The notes below the pieces were generated by a model. It made no database searches. It saw only the letters and a program-made list of their open reading frames with translations, and was not told where the DNA came from. The position numbers were made by a program, and so were the translations under genes. Shown in pieces: positions 22,703 through 30,396 of a stretch of DNA of 52,099 bases. Each line of letters opens with the position of its first letter. Positions within the stretch are counted from its first letter, which is position 1. The DNA is taken from positions 124,001 through 176,099 of the forward strand of contig NZ_CP020921.1 of NCBI RefSeq assembly GCF_003057965.1, in the 5' to 3' direction. The DNA comes from Thermodesulfobium acidiphilum (GTDB lineage Bacteria > Thermodesulfobiota > Thermodesulfobiia > Thermodesulfobiales > Thermodesulfobiaceae).

Positions 22703-24067
22703 ATGACAGATCAGGAACTTTATAGATTAGAAAGGAATTTTTGTTCCTTTGGAGATACAGTTCATTACGTAAAAGAACCTAAAATATTTCGCAGCGCTGA
22801 GGGTTCGTTTATGTTTGACTCCTTGAATACTCCCTTTTTGGATCTCCAAATGTGGTACAGCGCTTGCAATTTTGGATACAAGAACAAGAAAATTAACGAT
22901 GCATTGATTGATCAGATGAATACCCTACCACAACTCACTTCTCAGTATCTTAGTGAGCCAAAAATTCTCCTAGCAAAAGAACTCTCCCTTGCTGTAGAGG
23001 AGAGTTTCAATAAAAAGGGGAGAATTCACTTTAATGTTGGAGGATCTCAGGCAATTGAAGATGCGCTTAAACTTGTGAGAAATTATACTGGCAAAAGCTT
23101 AATGTTTGCCTTTATGGGCGGTTATCATGGTAGAACGCTTGGAGCTTCAGCTATTACTTCTAGTTACAGATATAGAAGAAGATTTGGGCACTTTTCTGAT
23201 AGAGCCTACTTTCACCCTTATCCTTACTGTTTCAGATGTTTTTACAAGAAGACACTAGATAACTGCGACTTTTATTGCCTTAAGATGTTTGAAAGACTCT
23301 TTGAAACAGAATACAATAGCGTCTGGGATCCAAAAGCTTCAGAATGCGAGTACGCAGCTTTCTTTATAGAACCGATTCAGGGTACAGGTGGATATGTCAT
23401 ACCTCCAAAGGGCTATTTCGAAAGACTTTCGAAAATTTTGAAAGAAAGAAAGATATTGTTAGTTGATGACGAAATACAAATGGGATTTTATAGGACAGGT
23501 AAGATGTGGGCTGCAGAGCACTTTGGAATTTCTCCTGATATAATAACTTTTGGGAAATCTCTAACAAACGGGATGAATCCTCTTTCAGGGCTATGGGCAA
23601 GAGAAGAACTTATAAGTCCTGAAATTTTTCCACCTGGTTCCACTCATTCTACATTTGCTTCGAATATATTAGGTGCAAGGGCAGGGCTTGAAGTTATGAA
23701 CCTTATAAAGGAAGAAAGTTTTGAAAAAGAGGTAAATAGAAAGGGCAGACTCTTTCTTGATGGGTTAGAATATTTAAAAAAGAAATACAAAACAATAGGT
23801 CATGTAGAAGGACTTGGTCTTGCACTGAGAATTGAAATCTGTGAAGAGGATTCCTTTACTCCAAATAAAGCGCTTACAGATACAATTCTTGAAGAGGGCT
23901 TGAAGGGTGAAATAGAAGTAAAGGGGAAAAAATATGGCCTTATACTGGATGTTGGAGGATATTATAAAAACGTTTTTACTCTAGCGCCTTCATTGTACAT
24001 TACTGATGAAGAAATTAATTTAGCCATAGAACTTTTGGATAAGCTTTTTTCTAAAGTATCGGTTTAA
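22703..24067 (+). CDS. Class III PLP-dependent aminotransferase
   Basis: GGYHGRT, IEPIQGTGG, DDEIQMGFYRTG, TFGKSLTNG (PLP Lys), HSTF. Confidence 0.9.
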   Translation: MTDQELYRLERNFCSFGDTVHYVKEPKIFRSAEGSFMFDSLNTPFLDLQMWYSACNFGYKNKKINDALIDQMNTLPQLTSQYLSEPKILLAKELSLAVEESFNKKGRIHFNVGGSQAIEDALKLVRNYTGKSLMFAFMGGYHGRTLGASAITSSYRYRRRFGHFSDRAYFHPYPYCFRCFYKKTLDNCDFYCLKMFERLFETEYNSVWDPKASECEYAAFFIEPIQGTGGYVIPPKGYFERLSKILKERKILLVDDEIQMGFYRTGKMWAAEHFGISPDIITFGKSLTNGMNPLSGLWAREELISPEIFPPGSTHSTFASNILGARAGLEVMNLIKEESFEKEVNRKGRLFLDGLEYLKKKYKTIGHVEGLGLALRIEICEEDSFTPNKALTDTILEEGLKGEIEVKGKKYGLILDVGGYYKNVFTLAPSLYITDEEINLAIELLDKLFSKVSV

Positions 24068-24071
24068 AAAA

Positions 24072-24887
24072 TTGATTAAGGATATAGAATTAAGAGCTGG
24101 GAATAAAAGAGCGGTAATTTTGTTTCATGGCCTAACAGGGACGCCATTTGAGCTTTCAAGATTTGCAAAATATTTTCTTTCTTTGAAGTTTGACGTATTT
24201 GTTCCTTGTTTGCCTGGTCATTGTACTAAGCCATCTGCGCTTGATCGCGTGGCATGGCAAGATTGGTCTTATTTTGCGCAAGATAAGTACAAAATGATAT
24301 CGAATAAGTACAATGAAGTATTTATAAGCGGGATATGTCTTGGAGCTTTGCTTTGTCTTGAGATTAGTAGAAGATTTTCGGTTAAGGCACAGGCTTTGCT
24401 CTCCCCTACTCTTGCTATAGATGGATGGAATATTCCATGGTACAGATTTTTGCTTCCTCTTGCCTTTATTCCTCCTTTTATCTGGTTTTATTCCTATAAA
24501 GAATCCGAGCCGTATGGAATAAAAAATGAATCTGTCAGGCGGCAGGTCTTAAGGATTATGCAAAATAAATCGTCAGGAGTGTACGAAAACTATAGTGCAA
24601 TTGCAATTAGAGAACTTTTAAGGTTTTCGAAAAGTGTAAAACTTTACTTAAAAGAGATTAAAACCCCAACTCTTGTTATTCATTCCACTCAGGACGATCT
24701 TTGTAATATAAAGAACGCTAGAGACCTGTATAATAGGCTATCTTCGAAAGATAAAAAGTTTGTTGAGCTACACGATTCTTATCACATGGTAACACTTGAC
24801 AACGAAAGGGATATGGTGTTTAAAGAGTGTAGTGATTTTTTTATAAAATACTCAGAGGTGGTGGATGAGCAAGACAGTCAAATTTAA
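24072..24887 (+). CDS. Alpha/beta hydrolase with GxCxG nucleophile elbow
   Basis: LFHGLTGTP, LPGH, GICLG, HSTQDD, SYHMVT. Confidence 0.85.
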   Translation: MIKDIELRAGNKRAVILFHGLTGTPFELSRFAKYFLSLKFDVFVPCLPGHCTKPSALDRVAWQDWSYFAQDKYKMISNKYNEVFISGICLGALLCLEISRRFSVKAQALLSPTLAIDGWNIPWYRFLLPLAFIPPFIWFYSYKESEPYGIKNESVRRQVLRIMQNKSSGVYENYSAIAIRELLRFSKSVKLYLKEIKTPTLVIHSTQDDLCNIKNARDLYNRLSSKDKKFVELHDSYHMVTLDNERDMVFKECSDFFIKYSEVVDEQDSQI

Positions 24888-26892
24888 TATCAGATATCTT
24901 CAGTTATTTACACTTTTTATATACATTATTGTTATTGTTTTTGGTTTTTTGCCCGATAGCGGCCAGTTTGGAAAATATCTTAGAATTTTATCGGGTCAAT
25001 TTGGCGTTGCCTTTTTCCTATTTCTGACACTATTTTTAGTTGATTTAAGACTAAGTCATAACATAAAGACCTTTTTTTCAGAGCTTAGCCTTTCTGTATT
25101 AATATCATTATGTATCGTTCTTTTGCTGGGATTGTATGAGATACCTTTTACCCTGTGGCCTACGAACACAACCCCAATTCCTAAAATCTCTTTTAAATTT
25201 GTTCCATTCTTGAAATTTTTCTTTGGGTTACAGGGGGCAACAACTTTTTTGGCACTCTTTTTATTTTTCTTTATTTTGCTCAAGCTTTACTACTACCATA
25301 AAAAATGGCTTACTTTAAAGCCATCTCTGCCAACCTTTTTTAAAAAAAATTATCAGATGGATAAAAAAAAAGATTTAAATAGAGGGATCGCTGACGCAAA
25401 AGCAAACAATTTGCTCCAAAATGAAATTAAAAATCGACTATTAAAAACAGAAAAAAGAGATTACGATTCAACTTTTCAACAGGAAAAGAATAACAAAAAG
25501 GTTTTTGAAATTAATGACAAGACTTACGATCTGCCAGATTTATCTCTCTTTAAATCACCAGTCTTAACAAGATCGAGCTTTGATCATTCAAAAGTGAAAG
25601 AGAAATTAATAAAGGTATTTTCTGATTTTGGTATAGAGGTTAAGGTAGCAAGCTTTTATGAAGGGCCAACCCTTCTCTTTTACGAAATTTCCCTCCCTCC
25701 TGGCACAAAGCTTCAAAAGGTAATTTCTCTTGCTGATGAGGTTGCATTAGGTTTAGCTACAAGTTCTGTGAGAATTGATGGTCCAATTCCAGGTAGAGGC
25801 ACGCTTGGCGTAGAGATTCCTAAGAGCAAGAGGACTCCTGTAAGATTATCTGAAATTTTGACAGACAAAAGCCTAAGAGAAAATCCATCAAAACTTTTGG
25901 TGGCACTTGGCAAAGATGTTCTTGGAAACAGTGTGGTTGCAGATATATTTGAGCTTTCTCATACTCTTATTGCAGGGGCGACAGGCGCTGGAAAATCGGT
26001 TTGTGTGAATTCGATATTGATGAGCTTGTTGGCAAGAAATACGCCCAAAGATCTTGAACTTCTTTTAATAGATCCAAAGAGAGTAGAACTTTCTTTATAT
26101 GAGGGAATACCCCATCTCAGAACGCCTATAATAGTAAACGCAAAGGATGCTGCCAAACTCCTTAAGGTATATGCTTTAAACGAAATGGAAAAGAGATATG
26201 ATTTGTTTGCAAAAAGAGGGGTTAGAAATCTTCAAACGTTTAACGAAAGGTTCCCTGAAGATAAGATGCCATACATTATTATAATAATTGATGAATTTGC
26301 TGATCTTATGAAGCTTGCTTCTCAAGAGGTGGAAGAGGTGGTGTTTCGTTTAGCTCAGATGGCAAGGGCTACAGGAATATATCTTATACTGGCTACCCAA
26401 AGGCCTTCTGTAGATGTAATTACTGGTACAATTAAAGCAAACATACCATCTAGAATAGCTTTTGCAGTATCGAGTTCTGTAGATTCGAGGACAATTCTTG
26501 ATTTTGGTGGAGCTGAAAAATTATTGGGTAGAGGGGATATGCTATATTATCCCCAGGGCGTTCTAAAGCCTCTAAGAGTACAGGGTTGCTTGGTAGACGA
26601 TGAGGAGATAAGGGCTTTGGTAGATCATTGGAGAAGATATCCGTCTATTCACAAAATTCCTCTGGAAATAGAAGAAAATAACGAAGAAGGCGATCTTGAA
26701 CTTGACGACTTATTTGACCAGGCAAAAGAGATTGTAATATCTACCAGAAGGGCGTCTACTACCTATCTTCAGACCAGATTAAAGATTGGATTTTCAAGGG
26801 CAGCAAGGATAATGGATCAGCTTGAGAAAAAGGGTATAGTATCAGCTCCTAAGGGAAATTCTGGGATACGAGAGGTAATTGTAGATAAGTAA
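24865..26892 (+). CDS. ftsK: DNA translocase FtsK/SpoIIIE
   Basis: N-terminal TMs; HTLIAGATGAGKS, IIIDEFADLM, ATQRPSVDVITG, gamma domain LKIGFSRAARIMD. Confidence 0.95.
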   Translation: MSKTVKFNIRYLQLFTLFIYIIVIVFGFLPDSGQFGKYLRILSGQFGVAFFLFLTLFLVDLRLSHNIKTFFSELSLSVLISLCIVLLLGLYEIPFTLWPTNTTPIPKISFKFVPFLKFFFGLQGATTFLALFLFFFILLKLYYYHKKWLTLKPSLPTFFKKNYQMDKKKDLNRGIADAKANNLLQNEIKNRLLKTEKRDYDSTFQQEKNNKKVFEINDKTYDLPDLSLFKSPVLTRSSFDHSKVKEKLIKVFSDFGIEVKVASFYEGPTLLFYEISLPPGTKLQKVISLADEVALGLATSSVRIDGPIPGRGTLGVEIPKSKRTPVRLSEILTDKSLRENPSKLLVALGKDVLGNSVVADIFELSHTLIAGATGAGKSVCVNSILMSLLARNTPKDLELLLIDPKRVELSLYEGIPHLRTPIIVNAKDAAKLLKVYALNEMEKRYDLFAKRGVRNLQTFNERFPEDKMPYIIIIIDEFADLMKLASQEVEEVVFRLAQMARATGIYLILATQRPSVDVITGTIKANIPSRIAFAVSSSVDSRTILDFGGAEKLLGRGDMLYYPQGVLKPLRVQGCLVDDEEIRALVDHWRRYPSIHKIPLEIEENNEEGDLELDDLFDQAKEIVISTRRASTTYLQTRLKIGFSRAARIMDQLEKKGIVSAPKGNSGIREVIVDK

Positions 26893-26893
26893 T

Positions 26894-27943
26894 ATGTTAA
26901 ATCAACTTGAGCCATATGAACTCATCGATCTTTTTGTAAAGTTCCCACCATATGATTTTAAGGCGAGAAAAAATAACAAAGGAGTCATATTGTTTGATAC
27001 CCTTTTTGATATCTTGACTACTGCTGACGATTTTCTTGCCAAAAAATTAAAAGTTTTTGAAAATCTTCCAATATTAAAGGGATTTTTTAAACCGCTTGCC
27101 ACCTTTGTAGGCACCACAGTATCTGAATATCTTGTTTTGCCAGAACTGGATGAAATTCAATTTATTGACTCTATAATTGAAGGTTGGGATACTGAATACC
27201 TTATTGTAAAGGATATTCCAAAGGACTCGCCCCTTCTTTCAAAGCAAGAGAATGCCTATTCTGATAATCTAGTAAAACTCCTTGATAAGAGGGGATTCGT
27301 AATACTTACAGGTCAAGCTCTTGCATATAAACTTATTGATTTCAAGAGTATTGACGAATATTTGATGAGATTTTCCTATAAAAGAAGATATGACTTTAGG
27401 AGAAAATTAAAGAAAAAGGCTCAGTTAATACTTGAAATTGAGGATTCTGGAAATTTTGATAATAATAGGTTATCAGAATATTATTCAATGTATGAGAGTG
27501 TTTATAATAAAAGTTATATTCATTTTGATAAATTAACTCCTGATTTTTTTAGAGAACTCTTAAGGAGCAAAACGCTTGGCGCAAAAATTTTTTCATATTA
27601 TATAAAGGATAAAAACGAGCTTATTGGTTATAAGATATGCTTTCAAGGAAGAGACTACCTGATAGACAAGTTTGCAGGTTTCAAGTATCCTGAAGCGCTA
27701 AATTTTAACGTGTATTTTATTAGCTGGTTTGACAATCTAGAATATTGTATCAACAACAAGCTCAAAAAATTTATAATAGGGTGGACAAATCCAGAAACGA
27801 AGGCTTATCTTGGTGCAGATTTTAATTTTACCCTGCATGCGGTATACCCAAGAAATCCATTGATTAGGAGGTCTTTGAGATATCTGTCTAGATTTTTTGA
27901 GTCTGATAAAAACGAGCTGGAAAGATTTTTAAGAAAAAAGTAG
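26894..27943 (+). CDS. GNAT / FemAB-like (BioF2-type) acyltransferase-domain protein
   Basis: FKSIDEYLMRFSYKRRYDFRRKLK, FDKLTPDFF, LIDKFAGF, NVYFISW, GWTNPETKAYLGA. Confidence 0.7.
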   Translation: MLNQLEPYELIDLFVKFPPYDFKARKNNKGVILFDTLFDILTTADDFLAKKLKVFENLPILKGFFKPLATFVGTTVSEYLVLPELDEIQFIDSIIEGWDTEYLIVKDIPKDSPLLSKQENAYSDNLVKLLDKRGFVILTGQALAYKLIDFKSIDEYLMRFSYKRRYDFRRKLKKKAQLILEIEDSGNFDNNRLSEYYSMYESVYNKSYIHFDKLTPDFFRELLRSKTLGAKIFSYYIKDKNELIGYKICFQGRDYLIDKFAGFKYPEALNFNVYFISWFDNLEYCINNKLKKFIIGWTNPETKAYLGADFNFTLHAVYPRNPLIRRSLRYLSRFFESDKNELERFLRKK

Positions 27944-28003
27944 ATATATGTGTTCTATTTTCTTTGAAATGTTCTCAAGGTGTGATAACCTTTTAAAAAA
28001 GAG

Positions 28004-28207
28004 GTGATAAATATTAAAAATAAAAAATTAAAACTAAAAAAGCTTATTGATAGTCTTGAAGAATCTGATATGGAGCTTGCTGAGAGTTATTTAACCTTTT
28101 TGACCTATAGACGAAAGCTTTTGAAAGATGATCTTGTAAAGTCCTTCGATGAAGCGTCCTATACCAAAGAAGACGACATTATTGATGACGTACTTGGAAA
28201 TGAATAG
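28004..28207 (+). CDS. Small hypothetical protein
   Basis: 67-aa ORF filling the intergenic gap, basic N-terminus and acidic C-terminus; start may be ATT 28013. Confidence 0.6.
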   Translation: MINIKNKKLKLKKLIDSLEESDMELAESYLTFLTYRRKLLKDDLVKSFDEASYTKEDDIIDDVLGNE

Positions 28208-28231
28208 AATAAAACTTTAAGAGTACATCTT

Positions 28232-28777
28232 ATGAGAAATTTTTATTTACTGATTACTGGCCTTCCTTGTTCAGGAAAGACTACGCTTGGCAAAAGGCTA
28301 TACGAGGCTCTTGTTCAAAGGGACATAAGCCTTGAACTCCTTGATGGGGATAAAGTCAGAGAATCTATCTCTAAGGATTTGGATTTCTCAAGACCTGCAA
28401 GAATAGAAAATTCAGTTAGAGTAGTGAACAGGGCACGAGATCTTATGGATAAAGGAACGGCATGCATACTTTCAATGGTAGCCCCTTATTCCGAGGCGAG
28501 GCTGAGGGCACGGAAGATAATCGGGGAGGGATTTGTCGAGATATATTTTGATGTGTTGCTGGAGACCTGTGAAAAAAGAGACGTAAAAGGGATGTACAAA
28601 AGGGCGAGAAATGGTGAAATAAAGAATTTTACAGGTATTGATGACATATACGAAGAACCTCTTAATCCAGATATTAGAATTAGAACTGATATCCTGGGAA
28701 TAGATGAAAGTATTGTAAAGATAGAAAGATTCTTGTTAGAAAACTTTTTTATAGCTGAAGCTAAACTTAAAATTTAA
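28232..28777 (+). CDS. cysC: Adenylyl-sulfate (APS) kinase
   Basis: TGLPCSGKTT, LLDGDKVR, RDVKGMYKRA, FTGIDDIYEEP. Confidence 0.92.
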   Translation: MRNFYLLITGLPCSGKTTLGKRLYEALVQRDISLELLDGDKVRESISKDLDFSRPARIENSVRVVNRARDLMDKGTACILSMVAPYSEARLRARKIIGEGFVEIYFDVLLETCEKRDVKGMYKRARNGEIKNFTGIDDIYEEPLNPDIRIRTDILGIDESIVKIERFLLENFFIAEAKLKI

Positions 28778-28787
28778 GTTTTTGAAC

Positions 28788-29318
28788 TTAACTAGAAATT
28801 TTTAACAAATATTTTACTGCCTGATATAAATTTTTAAATTCTTTATTTTCTTTTCCTATTTTTAGACCTGTTATACCAGCATTTTTTGCAGTTTGCATAT
28901 CGCTTTCGCTATCTCCTATTAAGTATTTTGGTACATTAATACTAACTCCATCTCTTTCCAATTCATTAAGAGCTCTAACTATCATACCAGGCTTAGGTTT
29001 TCTACATTCGCAGTTGTCCGAAATATCGTGCGGACAATAAAAGATTTTATCTATTTTAGCTGCAGATTTTTGAAGTGAATCTTGCATGAAATTGTGGATT
29101 TTTTGAAGATCTTCTTCGCTCATCAATCGTTTCGCTATACCTCTCTGGTTTGTAATCAAAATTGTTATGAATAATTCATTATTTAATAATTTTATTGCTT
29201 TTTTCGAATATTTAAGAAATCTAAATAAGCTAATTTCTGTAACGTATCCACCTATGATTCTTTCATTTATCGTACCGTCTCTATCAAGAAAAACTATACC
29301 TCTTGGATTTTTTAAAAT
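28788..29318 (-). CDS. gmhB: D-glycero-D-manno-heptose 1,7-bisphosphate phosphatase (HAD-IIIA)
   Basis: Reading frame extends upstream of the track ORF to VFLDRDGTIN; ITNQRGI, CPH..CECRKPKPGM, IGDSESD; start apparently ATT 29318. Confidence 0.85.
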   Translation of the reverse strand: MLKNPRGIVFLDRDGTINERIIGGYVTEISLFRFLKYSKKAIKLLNNELFITILITNQRGIAKRLMSEEDLQKIHNFMQDSLQKSAAKIDKIFYCPHDISDNCECRKPKPGMIVRALNELERDGVSINVPKYLIGDSESDMQTAKNAGITGLKIGKENKEFKNLYQAVKYLLKISS

Positions 29319-29333
29319 TTTTTGACTCCTCTT

Positions 29334-29360
29334 TTAAATTTGTCTTTAAAGTGTCGATAT
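29334..29360 (+). promoter_or_regulatory. Candidate sigma28 (FliA/SigD) promoter for GT2 gene
   Basis: TTAA(29334)-N15-GTCGATAT(29353-29360). Confidence 0.5.
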
Positions 29361-29406
29361 ATATAATAACTATACTATAATACAAATTTGCTTTAAGGAG
29401 AAATGC

Positions 29407-30312
29407 ATGGAAGAATCTCTTGTTACTGTTGCAATGCCTTCATACAATCATGAAAAGTATATCCAGGATGCTATAAAGAGCGTTATAGATCAAAGCTATG
29501 AAAATATAGAATTTATTATTATAAATGACTGTTCTACTGATAATACGCATAGTAAGATATGTGAAATGATAAATATTTGTAAGAGTAGATTCGTTAGATT
29601 TGAATATATAAACTCGGATAAAAATAACGGTATAGCAAAGACTCTAAACATGTGCCTGAAGTGGGCTAAGGGCAATTATTTCTCATTGCTTGCCTCAGAT
29701 GATATCTTTTTCCCTGATAAAATAGAACTTCTGGTTAACGAACTTGAGAAATTACCTGAGAAATATGCAATTATCTTTGGAGATGCTACTTATATTAACG
29801 AATACGGAGGTATTTTGAAGGTAAAAAAGGGTTCTGTGGAGTCTGAAAGTGTACTTGTCATACTTGCATCTGATAGAGATGATTTTAACTATCTAAACGA
29901 AGATGAATTTGGCACATACAAAACTCTTTTTAAAGGATATCTGCCTACCCCTTCATGGCTTGCAAGGACCAGGTGTATTCGCGAGGTTGGTGGATTTAAT
30001 GAAAAATATTTTATAGAAGATATGCCGCTGTGGGTAGCTCTTTCGAAAAGATATAAATTTAAATTTATTAATAAATCAGTTGCAGGATATAGGTTTCACC
30101 TTCAGAATACTTCTTCTTTGTATCATTATAAAATGCTTGTAGACTTAATAAAGTTGTTAAAAAACGAAAAACAATATTGTATTCAGAAGGGTTTAGAGGA
30201 TGTCTGGAAAAATATGATGAGCCTTTGTCTGAAAGAGATTTTACAAAAGGAAAATTTATCCCTTCAACAAAAAAAATGTGTAATTGATTTGCTCAAAGAA
30301 GATAAGGTTTGA
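29407..30312 (+). CDS. Glycosyltransferase family 2
   Basis: VTVAMPSYNH, INDCSTD, LASDD, EDMPLW. Confidence 0.9.
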   Translation: MEESLVTVAMPSYNHEKYIQDAIKSVIDQSYENIEFIIINDCSTDNTHSKICEMINICKSRFVRFEYINSDKNNGIAKTLNMCLKWAKGNYFSLLASDDIFFPDKIELLVNELEKLPEKYAIIFGDATYINEYGGILKVKKGSVESESVLVILASDRDDFNYLNEDEFGTYKTLFKGYLPTPSWLARTRCIREVGGFNEKYFIEDMPLWVALSKRYKFKFINKSVAGYRFHLQNTSSLYHYKMLVDLIKLLKNEKQYCIQKGLEDVWKNMMSLCLKEILQKENLSLQQKKCVIDLLKEDKV

Positions 30313-30396
30313 AAACAGATGAAAATCTGCTGAGATAAATAATTTTATATTTATATCTATAGAAAAGTTTTAAAAGATTGGAAAAGGAGCAGGATT

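Noticed and set aside
28788-29159. gmhB as truncated pseudogene
   Set aside because: The frame is open and intact through the catalytic motif up to an SD-preceded ATT.
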